Source: an uncultured Bdellovibrionales bacterium (GTDB lineage Bacteria > Patescibacteriota > Minisyncoccia > Moranbacterales > GWC2-37-73). From it: a stretch of 55,242 bases of DNA. A program made the translations under genes and the position numbers. The stretch is from positions 1 to 55,242 of the forward strand of contig CAZSTB010000008.1 of assembly GCA_964609855.1 (NCBI GenBank), given 5' to 3'. A model generated the notes under the pieces. That model ran no database searches. It was given only the letters and a program-made list of their open reading frames with translations, and had not been told where the DNA came from. Positions 32,301 through 41,070 of the stretch are shown here, one piece after another. Each line of letters begins with the position of its first letter. Positions within the stretch are counted from its first letter, which is position 1.

Positions 32301-33410
32301 GTCACAATTACAGGAATTAATCAACTTACTGCAATCTCAATCACAGGCGGAGAATATGCCATCAACGGAGGCGCATTTACCTCAGCCGATGGAACTATTG
32401 AAAACGATCAAACCGTCGTTGTTAGAATTTCATCCTCAACAGAATTTGCAACATCCTCAATTGCTACCTTGACTGTCGGTGGTGTAAGTGATGATTTTTC
32501 AGTAACCACACTTCAAGCAGATGACACGACTCCCGATGCTTTCGCATTCGCCAGTTTAACGAACGTTCCACTAATCTCGGTTCAAACCTCTAATATGATA
32601 ACAGTCAGTGGAATTAATGCTCCTTCTTCAATTTCAATTTCTGCAGGAGAATATTCCATCAATGGAACAGCATTTACCTCGGATGCGGGAACAGTTTCAG
32701 CTGGCGATGAAGTTGTCATAAGACAAACTTCTTCAACTGAATTCCAAACTGAAACGATAACTATACTTACTATCGGAGGGGTTAGCGAAAATTTCTCAGT
32801 AACCACAGCTGCTGCACCAGAAAATAACGCTCCGCTTTTGCAAGCAATTAGCGATCAAAATGCCACGGTAGATTCGTTGCTAACTTTTACAGCCTCAGCC
32901 TCTGATGCAGACGGAGATACATTAACCTTTGCTTTAGGTTCTAATGCACCTACCGGTGCCGTTATTGATGCCGCTAGCGGAGAATTTTCATGGACTCCAA
33001 CTCAAGCAGGAACTTTCACATTTGACTTGACGGTAAGCGACGGTACACTTAGCGATACTCAAACAATAACGATAATCGTGACATTAACATCTCAACCAAT
33101 CGTAACGCCAACTATCGGCATAGCTGCAGCGGCAGACGATGACGACAGTTGCGGAAATGTTTGTGAAAAATACAAGAAATACCGCAGAGAATTCAAAAGC
33201 GATGAAAACAAGGAAATCTACATGTATTTCAAAACCATGCAGAATTCCGACCCAGCTACTTTTCAAAGATTTGAAAACATCTATCTAACCTATAGGGATT
33301 TATCAAAACGAGAACTGAAAACTTTGAGCCAACAAACTCAAGATGATTTCCGTCAGTTCAATAAATACCGAGGATATAAACATTATCGCTCATTGAAAGA
33401 TAGGGCTTAA
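29328..33410 (+). CDS. Large surface protein/adhesin (likely start 29328): signal peptide, cohesin-like domain, ten ~99-aa repeats, Ig/cadherin-like domain, basic C-terminal domain
   Basis: Repeats begin DTTPD.F.F.DQ.DV; NNAP...DADGDTLTF...GEFSWTP; K/Y/R-rich tail. Confidence 0.85.
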   Translation: MKHNSIVLPASTILILASFIMTTKVFAATGNLGLNDFQVPIGSSALVPITINVADGFIKDFAVTITYDESIVDVTADSNLILNPAFTGTVVADAGAGTSTITGTTATPMTGTLELADVRFSSVGVASGVSATVTVTPNSGSFLDDTSTVFSPEPTAVSATATIIDTTPDGFSFPAQINVPLSSLIDSAPITVTGIDVPTAISTSSGEYSINGGTFTSAPGTVINGDTVVFRIMSSDQYSTATSGFLRIGLSSDDFRVTTISDPAIDTTPDGFSFVNQFNVPLNSPIDSAPILVSGINAPAPITVTGGQYSINGGTFTADQGTVENGSSVIVRLQSSEIFATQTIAVLRVGGAVAVSDDFRVTTLAEDTTPDLFNLVDQVDVAVSSPIISAPIIVAGINSPASISIIGGEYEINGSGTFTAEPGTVNLNDSVVVRVTSAADFSTPTDATLTIGGVSDIFTVTTLADPTDTVPDQFTFVDQVDVERNTLINSEPIVISGISIPTAITIAGGEYEINGSGTFTADPGTIENGNTVIVRQTSSANFSTPTDVTLTIGGVSDIFTVTTIIEDTTPELFSLVDQVDVATSSPITSEPVIVSGINSPAAISIVGGEYEINGSGTFTAEPGTVNLNDSVVVRVTSAADFSTPTDATLTIGGVSDVFTATTAAMDSIPEAFTFTDQFDVIQSSPITSEPVIVSGINSPAAISIVGGEYEINGSGTFTTEPGTVNLNDSVVVRVTSAADFSTPTDATLIIGGVSDIFTVTTLTDPTDTVPDQFIFVDQVDIERNTQLSSNSITITGIGAPVSITIAGGEYEINGSGTFTADAGTVESGDTVIVRQTSSASFATPTDVTLTVGGVSDVFTLTTLVEDTTPEPFTFTDQTDVALSTIVVSDQITVTGINSLAPISIIAGEYEINGSGTFTTEAGTVNVNDVIVVRQTSSASFSTSTAATLIIGGISDNFDVTTLADPSDIIPDPFSFIDQVDVAINTQIESAPVTITGINQLTAISITGGEYAINGGAFTSADGTIENDQTVVVRISSSTEFATSSIATLTVGGVSDDFSVTTLQADDTTPDAFAFASLTNVPLISVQTSNMITVSGINAPSSISISAGEYSINGTAFTSDAGTVSAGDEVVIRQTSSTEFQTETITILTIGGVSENFSVTTAAAPENNAPLLQAISDQNATVDSLLTFTASASDADGDTLTFALGSNAPTGAVIDAASGEFSWTPTQAGTFTFDLTVSDGTLSDTQTITIIVTLTSQPIVTPTIGIAAAADDDDSCGNVCEKYKKYRREFKSDENKEIYMYFKTMQNSDPATFQRFENIYLTYRDLSKRELKTLSQQTQDDFRQFNKYRGYKHYRSLKDRA

Positions 33411-33434
33411 AAAGTAATCTTTAAAAAAACATGT

Positions 33435-33467
33435 AAAAAACAAGTCCCAAAGCAGGACTTGTTTTTT
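33435..33467. terminator. Bidirectional terminator
   Basis: AAAAAACAAGTCC-CAAAGCA-GGACTTGTTTTTT. Confidence 0.8.
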
Positions 33468-33527
33468 ACTGTTCTGGTAATTTGATTTCATCGCGAATCG
33501 ATTGTGCCTCTATCGTTTCGAAAAGGA

Positions 33528-34133
33528 TTATTTTTCTTCCTTTACGGTTTGCCTACTGACTACAAAAGCTTGTGGCTGATTGAATTTACAATTCCAGCCC
33601 TCAGGATCGCCATAGTCCGCAAAATCCTTATACCATTCATGATAGGCTTTAGGTTTACTAGCAGCTTTGACTGGACACCAATATCTTTCGGTGCGGGCGC
33701 CGATTTCCACTGCATATGCAAAAAGACCGTTTACATAAGTACAGTACAGACAATTCAGCTTTTGAATAAGATTAAGATAATCCAAAAATCTTCTGTCATA
33801 GACGATATATTCTCGACGCTTCACTTTTGGTATGCCATACAGCGGAAATGCAGTCACTTGATAAAGCGTAACGAAGATATCTAAAATTACCGCCGGAAAA
33901 ATCATCATGTAAATAAAAGGGATGGACAAAAAATGTCTGAGACTTTTCGGTAAGGCATATTTCCAAGCAGGCATTTTTAGCCGCTTGTTTTGTTGGCGTA
34001 TTTTTTTTAAAAATATAACCTTTCTCTTCTCTAAAGAAAAGCCGTATTTTTTTGATATCCTCAAATGCTCTTTTTTTAGAGCTTCATTTAAACTTTCAAT
34101 TTTTTCCAGAATTTCTTTAATTTTTGATTCCAT
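33528..34133 (-). CDS. Conserved hypothetical membrane protein (likely start 34133)
   Basis: KLNCLYCTY...TERYWCP motif; one TM. Confidence 0.75.
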   Translation of the reverse strand: MESKIKEILEKIESLNEALKKEHLRISKKYGFSLEKRKVIFLKKIRQQNKRLKMPAWKYALPKSLRHFLSIPFIYMMIFPAVILDIFVTLYQVTAFPLYGIPKVKRREYIVYDRRFLDYLNLIQKLNCLYCTYVNGLFAYAVEIGARTERYWCPVKAASKPKAYHEWYKDFADYGDPEGWNCKFNQPQAFVVSRQTVKEEK

Positions 34134-34259
34134 ATGTTTGCGAGTAAAATTTATACTAAATAAATTATAACCTTTATTGAAAAATATGTAAGCTGACTGA
34201 TTTCTATTCATAAAAAAGACATGAAACGCTCCATGTCTTTTTTAAAAAGTTTGAGGGCT

Positions 34260-35624
34260 TTATGCAATATTTGTCGCTGCTTTTATAATTTTTACAATTT
34301 CGTCAACATTTACTGTTTGCTGCTCCCCGGTTAAAAGATTTTTGATTGCAAATGTGCCAGATTCAAATTCAGTTTCACCAGCAATGATCGCAAACATAAA
34401 TTGTTTACGGCTAGCATATTTCAATTGATTTTTAAGTGGCAAGGCCTCGAGATAAACTTCGGTTTTGATATTTTCAGCGCGGAGCTTTGAAGCGAGTGCA
34501 AGATAATCAGACATCCGTTCTTGATCCATCGTCGTTATAAGCACGGGCGCAATCGTTGCACCAGAAGGCTTCAATATGCCCGTTTCAATCAGGCGTGAGA
34601 GTAATCTAGTAATTCCGATTGAGATTCCGACGCCAGGAAGTTTTTTCTCTGTGAAATTACTTGCAAGGTCGTCATAACGTCCACCAGAACAAATACTTCC
34701 AACTGATGGGTGCTCGACTAATGCTGTTTCATAAACGGTTCCAGTATAATAATCCAGGCCTCTAGCAATCCTTAAATCAAGCGCAAGATTTTCTTCAGGA
34801 ACGCCAAGTGCCAACACGGTTGCATATACAGTTGCCAATTCCGAAACTCCAGCCTTAAACAAGTCATTAACCTCCATGTTTTGCAAGATAGATAAAGTTT
34901 CAGCATTATTTCCACCGTGGGTTATCAATTTCAAAAGGTCGCTGATTTTCTCAGGTGACAATTTAGAAACTTCCGAAATTTCCTTGCTAACTTCTTCTAC
35001 TCCGATTTTTTCAATCTTATCAACAATGCGCATCACATCCGTAACCTGACCGGCTTCAATTCCAAAATTCTGGAAAAGTCCCTGGAGAATTTTCCTATTA
35101 TTGATGCGAATCAAAAAACGCCCGATATTCATTTCGGTAAAAATTCGATAAATGATACTTGGAATTTCCGCATCTGCAAGCTGACTGAGTTGTCCGTCGC
35201 CGATTACATCAATATCACATTGATAAAATTCTCGGAATCTCCCAGCTTGTGGACGCTCTCCTCTCCAGACTTTTTGAATCTGATATCTGCGAAATGGGAA
35301 GATCAATTGCGCATAGTTTTGAGCGACATATCTAGCCAAAGGAACCGTAAGATCGAAATGCAGTGCGAGTTCTTTTGCGCCCTCACCCTCACCGGCGGCC
35401 AAGCGTCCCAGACTGTAAATTTCTTTTTCATTCCCCCCTTTGGAAGTCAGAGTTTCGGTACGTTCAACGGCAGAAGTTTCAATAGGCACAAAACCGCAAA
35501 GTTCATAATTTCTGCGAATAATTTCCAAAATCTTATTTTCCAATATTTTAACTTCCGGCAACCACTCAGGAAATCCGCTGATTGATTTAGGGGCTTCCAC
35601 TTTTTTCTTATTTTCGTTTTTCAT
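34260..35624 (-). CDS. hisS: Histidyl-tRNA synthetase
   Basis: FDLTVPLARY; RPQAGRFREFYQCDID; RGLDYYTG; GGRYD. Confidence 0.97.
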   Translation of the reverse strand: MKNENKKKVEAPKSISGFPEWLPEVKILENKILEIIRRNYELCGFVPIETSAVERTETLTSKGGNEKEIYSLGRLAAGEGEGAKELALHFDLTVPLARYVAQNYAQLIFPFRRYQIQKVWRGERPQAGRFREFYQCDIDVIGDGQLSQLADAEIPSIIYRIFTEMNIGRFLIRINNRKILQGLFQNFGIEAGQVTDVMRIVDKIEKIGVEEVSKEISEVSKLSPEKISDLLKLITHGGNNAETLSILQNMEVNDLFKAGVSELATVYATVLALGVPEENLALDLRIARGLDYYTGTVYETALVEHPSVGSICSGGRYDDLASNFTEKKLPGVGISIGITRLLSRLIETGILKPSGATIAPVLITTMDQERMSDYLALASKLRAENIKTEVYLEALPLKNQLKYASRKQFMFAIIAGETEFESGTFAIKNLLTGEQQTVNVDEIVKIIKAATNIA

Positions 35625-35770
35625 AATTAGACGCTTAATATTATAGTCATTTGTGAATTTATATTCGGAAAAGTATCAAATTAAAGCTCGCCAATATTTT
35701 TAGGCACTTAAAGACTGCATTTTACCAGTAAACAATACCATTATAAGTGTCAGTTGTAAACACAGCCCTT

Positions 35771-35800
35771 GATTGACATAAAGGTTTAATTATGTTAAAT
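35771..35800. promoter_or_regulatory. Inverted-repeat site resembling a Xer recombination site and overlapping a promoter
   Basis: GATTGACATAA-AGGTTTAA-TTATGTTAAAT. Confidence 0.4.
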
Positions 35801-35866
35801 TTTCTTTCGACCCAACCGACAATAGTTCTTTTAATCATAAATAACTTTCCTGGGAGGAAAAATAAG

Positions 35867-36361
35867 ATGGCAAAACCAGCATCTCCGAAAACCTTGCAAA
35901 ACCTACGCGATTTACTTGCGACAAAGTGGAAATTCACTGAGCAATGGATTGATGATCAATTGATGTTTTCGCGCCAAGAGAAATTTAAGCTTGTCGTGGT
36001 CACGCCAATTTTTGGCGGCATTGAAAACATGCAAATGAACCCAACCAAGATCATTGGCTTTCATTTATTGCGCCAGGAAAATCCCGAGCTGACTTATGCC
36101 ATGAAAAATACAACAATACGCTTAGATTGGCAGGTGTTTGCTGAAGAAAGAATTGAAGCTATGATGACATTAATGGATCACATCAATACTTGCAATAATT
36201 GCCACCAGGATCAACTGTTTCCTTTTTTTGTAAAAACACTTGGGACTAGAATAAACTGCTCACTCAAGCTGAAATGTGAAAAATGCCAAACAATTATAGA
36301 CTTCCCAGCTGAACGCGCAATTGAGTTAAGATATCTACAACTAAGCGCTCAGTATGCCTAA
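35867..36361 (+). CDS. Hypothetical protein with a putative Zn site (start 35867)
   Basis: GGGAGG SD; CNNC...CEKC. Confidence 0.75.
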   Translation: MAKPASPKTLQNLRDLLATKWKFTEQWIDDQLMFSRQEKFKLVVVTPIFGGIENMQMNPTKIIGFHLLRQENPELTYAMKNTTIRLDWQVFAEERIEAMMTLMDHINTCNNCHQDQLFPFFVKTLGTRINCSLKLKCEKCQTIIDFPAERAIELRYLQLSAQYA

Positions 36362-36406
36362 CTGACAATGCCGGACACCCTAAGGGAGTCCGGCATTTTA
36401 ATTTCT

Positions 36407-36442
36407 TGTTACGTAGCATGTTACGTAACATGCTACGTAACA
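36407..36442. repeat. Perfect 36-bp palindrome of three 12-bp units
   Basis: TGTTACGTAGCA TGTTACGTAACA TGCTACGTAACA equals its own reverse complement. Confidence 0.95.
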
Positions 36443-36613
36443 CGTCTCCATTAAAGTTACACCGAGGCAGGCATACTGAGCAGCAAAAATAATCACAAAG
36501 TATTTTGACAATTTAACAAGTCTTTGACGAAATTGATACTCTTTGATATCATTGCTAACCATGGAGCATTTGTGCATAGTAAATTCACAATCAACCAATG
36601 AGGGGGTGGAAAA

Positions 36614-36970
36614 ATGGTTCTCGTGACTGCAATCATCAAACACAATGCCACACAGCGTTCAGAACGAAGACTTTTTGTAGAAAAAATTCGCGGCATAGTC
36701 ATGCGATCATTGAACGCATTGGAAAGTTGCGAAAAGATGATGTCTGAAGATGCAATAATCACGGAATTTCAGGAAGCCAATTCCTGGAACAACAAGGATG
36801 TCATAGTAAAAGTAGAGGGCAAGACAATCGCCTATGACACGCCGATAGCCACAAGGATAGCCTCCGAACTGAACACGCTTTTCAACGAAAAAAGAAAAGA
36901 GCAAGGACTCAAAGAATTCGTCAACGGCATAGTTTCCATCAACGGAACAAAAGGATTCGCAGCATTCTAG
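36614..36970 (+). CDS. Hypothetical protein
   Basis: GAGGGGG SD; downstream terminator AAAATCCGC...GCGGATTTT. Confidence 0.7.
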   Translation: MVLVTAIIKHNATQRSERRLFVEKIRGIVMRSLNALESCEKMMSEDAIITEFQEANSWNNKDVIVKVEGKTIAYDTPIATRIASELNTLFNEKRKEQGLKEFVNGIVSINGTKGFAAF

Positions 36971-37074
36971 TTCCCTACCTCATGAAAAAAATCCGCACTC
37001 AGAAATATGAGGGCGGATTTTTCATTTGCTGCGTCAGCAAATTCTTTTCTTAAGATTAAGGATGCGAAAAACAT

Positions 37075-37371
37075 TTATATGAGAATTTTCAGTTTAAAGG
37101 AAATGATGTCACCAGCTGCGATATTTTCCTTCTTGCGAACTGCGGCTTTTAATAAAAGCAGGAACGCGCCCTCTTTGCTGTCTGGAAAAATTGAAGTCTT
37201 CCATGATGTCTGCCCAATAGTAATTTCAACTGGCAGCGACTTGAAGCCGCCCTCCATTCCGGCAAAGAATTTTTTCAAATCGCGCGAAAGACCCTTGGGT
37301 AGAAGAATCATATGCCAAACACGACTCTTGCCCTCATAGAGAATCACTTTTCTTTTTAGTTCAAATTCCAT
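37075..37371 (-). CDS. DUF1905-like protein
   Basis: SLPVEITIGQTSWKTSIFP...LLLLKAAVRKKE. Confidence 0.8.
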   Translation of the reverse strand: MEFELKRKVILYEGKSRVWHMILLPKGLSRDLKKFFAGMEGGFKSLPVEITIGQTSWKTSIFPDSKEGAFLLLLKAAVRKKENIAAGDIISFKLKILI

Positions 37372-37380
37372 ATCTTCAAA

Positions 37381-37596
37381 TTATTGCTTCTTGGCAATGA
37401 CGTGTTTTTGACGAGCTGCCTGCTCCCTGATTTTATCCAATTCCTCCTTCGGCACATTTTCTTCAACTCGTCTGACAATCTGATGAGCCCTGGTTGCAGA
37501 AATCTTGCATTCCCTTGCAATATCCCGAAAAAATTTACCCTCAGCATGCATCGTATAAACTTTCTTTCTCTCTTTTGTAAAATTATAAGCTCCCAT
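37381..37596 (-). CDS. Small helix-turn-helix protein
   Basis: FRDIARECKISATRAHQIV. Confidence 0.8.
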   Translation of the reverse strand: MGAYNFTKERKKVYTMHAEGKFFRDIARECKISATRAHQIVRRVEENVPKEELDKIREQAARQKHVIAKKQ

Positions 37597-37779
37597 ATTA
37601 TTTAATTTATAGCTATTTAATACACGTCTGACTGACTCGATAGTTCCCTACACTACCATATTTATTGCGATAAGGGAAATGTGATATTTTTTTACCCTCA
37701 TCTAATTTTCCGACACTGTGAATAAATCCTAAATCTAAATTTCCAATGACTAATAAAATCTGAAATCAAAAACCCTTTT

Positions 37780-38075
37780 GTCATCCTCACGGAAGTGGGG
37801 ATCCAGGTTTGGCTGCATTTTCCTATCTTTTAAATACAGGGCCTGGATTCCCTTTTTCAAGGGAATGACAGAGTGGTAGTTTTTTTTATTTATATTTTTT
37901 ATACTTTATTTTTGTCATCCTCGCGAATGCGGGGATCCAGGTTCTGGGATTACCATATTCACAGAACTTTATTAAATACGGGCCTGGATTCCCTTTTACA
38001 AGGGAATGACAATGCACCTCTATCATCCTCGCGCGACCAACGGAAGTACCCTTGTGGTAAACGTGGGGTTCCAGG
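37780..38075. repeat. Family C palindromic elements (GTCATCC...GGATCCAG...CTGGATTCC...GGAATGAC): 37780-37869, 37914-38010, partial 38022-38075
   Basis: Two near-identical hairpin units in tandem plus a partial unit. Confidence 0.88.
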
Positions 38076-38152
38076 TTTTAAATTGCTTTATTACGTCTTC
38101 TGATGAGACTTATTTCTGTTCGAAATTTTCCTCATAGCACATCTGGTAATAT

Positions 38153-38536
38153 CTAAAACAAAGACGAAACTTTTCTATCCGAAAAAAGTTTGGCAAAAAC
38201 GGTATTCAAACTTCCTCTTTTTGATTGATAACCAAGCTCTAAAAGATTTTTCTCTAAAACTTTTAAAAGCGAAGAGTCGTTACTGACGCTAACCAGACTA
38301 TTTCTAGGATCGCCCATAAAACTTACACCCGTTTCTTTGTCGATAAATTCATATTCTTCCTCATACAATCCCTGCTCGATGTCTGAAATGTATCCATTGA
38401 AAGTTTCCATCTTCTTGGAATAATCAATACGGTCAGTTAAAGCTTCGACTTTTACATTTACCTCTTCCTGCGCCTTAGACTCCTCTTTCTTTGGAAAAAT
38501 AACAGAGCCCTCAAAAACATTTGGAAATGGAGTCAT
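38153..38536 (-). CDS. Hypothetical protein
   Basis: 127-aa ORF in a minus-strand run. Confidence 0.7.
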   Translation of the reverse strand: MTPFPNVFEGSVIFPKKEESKAQEEVNVKVEALTDRIDYSKKMETFNGYISDIEQGLYEEEYEFIDKETGVSFMGDPRNSLVSVSNDSSLLKVLEKNLLELGYQSKRGSLNTVFAKLFSDRKVSSLF

Positions 38537-38551
38537 ATAATTATCTTATTA

Positions 38552-38713
38552 TTACATTAAAGCTTTCACATAAACTCCGATGTAATATGGCCAAAGGAGA
38601 ATTGCAAAAATTGCGCTCTTAAAAGAAAGTCCAAGAAAACCAATCGAAAAGAGCCAACCCGCGAACCAAGAGAACGCCGTAAAACCATTTTGTTCGATTT
38701 TGATTTTTTCCAT
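38552..38713 (-). CDS. Small membrane protein (start 38713)
   Basis: WFAGWLFSIGFLGL...AILLWPYYIG. Confidence 0.7.
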   Translation of the reverse strand: MEKIKIEQNGFTAFSWFAGWLFSIGFLGLSFKSAIFAILLWPYYIGVYVKALM

Positions 38714-38843
38714 AGTTTTTAAAATTAAATTAAAATGTTTATTATGAATAATACCGCTTATCTGCAAATATACTTCAAACTTAAACTTGCTTATTTCTTC
38801 TTTTTTGGGAAATGGAAATTTAGTTAACCCCTCCAAACTACTC

Positions 38844-39098
38844 TTATTTATAATTTTTAAGCCACCAATTTTTTACAAATGGAAGCGACAGCGTTGAAAG
38901 CAAGAAACCACCGGTTGGTATAAGTGCCTTAAGCAAGATCAAAGATTCGCCAATTGAACGCATATATAATGAAGCAATAATATATGTTATGGATGCGATA
39001 AAAATTCTGCGTATCCAACTTGTTTCCCAAGCTTTGTCAAATTCAACAGACTTATTCCTTTTTTTGATTTCTTCAATTTCCTTTGAAATTTCGTTCAT
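38844..39098 (-). CDS. Small conserved membrane protein
   Basis: RNKSVEFDKAWETSWIRR; IPTGGFLLSTLSLP. Confidence 0.75.
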   Translation of the reverse strand: MNEISKEIEEIKKRNKSVEFDKAWETSWIRRIFIASITYIIASLYMRSIGESLILLKALIPTGGFLLSTLSLPFVKNWWLKNYK

Positions 39099-39149
39099 AT
39101 ATTATTTTAGATTTATTAGGCAGCATACTATGCAACAAATAATCTCAAC

Positions 39150-39815
39150 TCATAACTTACTTAATACATTTTTCAAATCAGAAAAATTAAACACCACGAT
39201 ATCTGCACCAACAGATTTAAGTTTCTCCTCATTAAATGTGGTAGTAATTCCACAAGCCATACATCCTGCAGCCTTAGCGGATAATATTCCATTATCCGAA
39301 TCTTCAATAACAAGACAATTTTCCGCATTTTCATTAATCTTTTCTATTGTAGATAAATACGGTTCAGGATGAGGCTTACCATTTTTAACATCATCAGCAG
39401 TAATAGTGTACTCAAAAAAATTATCCAATCCAACTTTTGAAAGTATTCTGTCTTGTTGAATCTTCCTGCCAGATGTCGTTAGGGCGAATTTATATTTTTT
39501 GCTATTTTTAATCCATTCCAAAAAATCATATGCTCCAGAAATAAGTTCTATTTCTTCTAATGCAATTTCCAAATACCTTACTATCTTACGCTCAATCATT
39601 TCCTCAATTGGTTCATCACCTTTTCCATATTTATTACTGGCATACCTAAAAATATCTTCGAGTTTTTTACCTCGAAATCCATCCCATTCTTTCTTATCAA
39701 CTTCCATTCCATATTCGCGGCATATTTCCATTTCAGCTCTTTCATGAATTGGCTCTGAATTCACTAAGACGCCATCCATATCAAATATTATAGCTTTGAT
39801 TTTTTCCATATTCAT
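39150..39815 (-). CDS. HAD-family phosphatase (beta-PGM/CbbY-like)
   Basis: FDMDGVL; KPHPEPY; IEDSDNG. Confidence 0.92.
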   Translation of the reverse strand: MNMEKIKAIIFDMDGVLVNSEPIHERAEMEICREYGMEVDKKEWDGFRGKKLEDIFRYASNKYGKGDEPIEEMIERKIVRYLEIALEEIELISGAYDFLEWIKNSKKYKFALTTSGRKIQQDRILSKVGLDNFFEYTITADDVKNGKPHPEPYLSTIEKINENAENCLVIEDSDNGILSAKAAGCMACGITTTFNEEKLKSVGADIVVFNFSDLKNVLSKL

Positions 39816-39816
39816 T

Positions 39817-39981
39817 TCATTTCCAATCACTAATAATTATTTTTTTGCGCTCAACCTTGAAGGTCATTTTTTGTTTCTCTCTAATCCCCAATTCTTCAAC
39901 GATTTCGGCGGGAATCACAATCGAGAGGCTGCGTTTGCCCACGCGGGTTACTTTGCGAGTTAGTGGTTCTGGCTTCTTCAT
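39817..39981 (-). CDS. AbrB/MazE/SpoVT-type DNA-binding protein (54 aa, absent from the ORF track)
   Basis: MKKPEPLTRKVTRVGKRSLSIVIPAEIVEELGIREKQKMTFKVERKKIIISDWK*. Confidence 0.85.
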   Translation of the reverse strand: MKKPEPLTRKVTRVGKRSLSIVIPAEIVEELGIREKQKMTFKVERKKIIISDWK

Positions 39982-40366
39982 TAGTTTTTAGAATTGATTT
40001 TTTTTGCTATCGCAATAAGTTTCAATTATTTTGATTTTATTTTTTTAATGATTTTTTGCATTTTTATTATATCAATTCTTACAAATAAAAACCAGCCCGT
40101 GAAGACTGGTTGATTTTTATAAGTTAGTTACGTAGTATCCTCCATAGGCGGACGCAGCGCTACGCAATAGTACCAATTGACCCACACCCTTCCCTCACAT
40201 TTTTCCTCCCTAGCATTTTCGCGCTTGAATTGCTAAATATGTTTGCGCAAAATCAATTGATTCTTTTATGGGATCACTATCTTGAGTAATAGCATGCATA
40301 TCCTGTCAGCATGATGCCATAAATCTCCTTTTGCATTCCTCACTCTAATGTGACCATTTTTGTCCT

Positions 40367-41011
40367 TCACATTTTTTGATACCTCTTCTTCACAATCCTC
40401 CATAAAAAAACAAGTATAACCACGGAAACAATAGCGAGGATGGCAGCTCCGCCATATTGCCCCATTATTAATGCCTGGCCGGTATAGGTAAAAATGAAGG
40501 CAAACGGCGTGATTCCGATGAGAGTTGCCAACATGTAGCGTCGGAATGAAATGACGCTGAAGAGTCCGAGAGCATAACTGAGAATATCGACCGGCAATAA
40601 TAATCGCAGCAACACCACAGTCCAAAAACCGATATCTTCGGAAATGTATTTGCGATATTTTCCAACATCTTTGACGTTGAAAAATTTTTCTATTATGGGC
40701 CTGCCTAAATTCCGAGCAAGCGAAAAAGCCAGCGCCCCGCCCATAAGCCAACCAATGATGCTATAAATTGCCGCAAGAAAAGGTCCGAAAAAATCCACCG
40801 CCAAGGGAATCAGCACGATGGTAGTGACTGGCACCACCACAATGGAAACCATTTCCAATGAAATATAGACGATGACGCCCCAAGCCAGATTATCTTGCAC
40901 AGCTTGGCGAAAGAGTTGAAAGGTGTCTTGGCGCATGAAAAAAAAGATTATCACCAAAAGTGATAGCATGATCAGCGTTAAAGAAGTATATTTTTTAAAA
41001 TTATTTTTCAT
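40367..41011 (-). CDS. VTT/TVP38/DedA-family membrane protein
   Basis: LRLLLPVDILSYALGL; TLIGITPFAF. Confidence 0.88.
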   Translation of the reverse strand: MKNNFKKYTSLTLIMLSLLVIIFFFMRQDTFQLFRQAVQDNLAWGVIVYISLEMVSIVVVPVTTIVLIPLAVDFFGPFLAAIYSIIGWLMGGALAFSLARNLGRPIIEKFFNVKDVGKYRKYISEDIGFWTVVLLRLLLPVDILSYALGLFSVISFRRYMLATLIGITPFAFIFTYTGQALIMGQYGGAAILAIVSVVILVFLWRIVKKRYQKM

Positions 41012-41070
41012 AATATTGGAATTACTTATTATTACAAATTTCCCGCAATGAAATATTTCGCATTATAAAA

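Noticed and set aside
29045-32806. Minus-strand ORFs overlapping the adhesin and its leader
   Set aside because: Antisense shadows caused by the Thr/Ser/Val-rich repetitive codon usage.
29820-32820. CRISPR array or DGR template/variable repeats
   Set aside because: The repeats are in-frame ~297-nt coding units without spacers or adenine-specific variation; no cas or RT gene is in the window.
35771-35800. Chromosomal dif / replication terminus
   Set aside because: The spacer is 8 bp rather than 6 and gene strand bias is the same on both sides; kept only as a Xer-like or operator candidate.
36398-36451. Cys-rich peptide METCYVACYVTCYVTRN as a RiPP precursor
   Set aside because: No SD and no adjacent modifying enzymes; the repeat is fully explained by a DNA palindrome that reads the same on both strands.
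40117-40320. SD-led frame with three in-frame stops (TGA, TAG, TGA), as a readthrough gene or pseudogene
   Set aside because: Three stops in 68 codons is about what AT-rich non-coding DNA gives by chance, and the product is unrecognisable.
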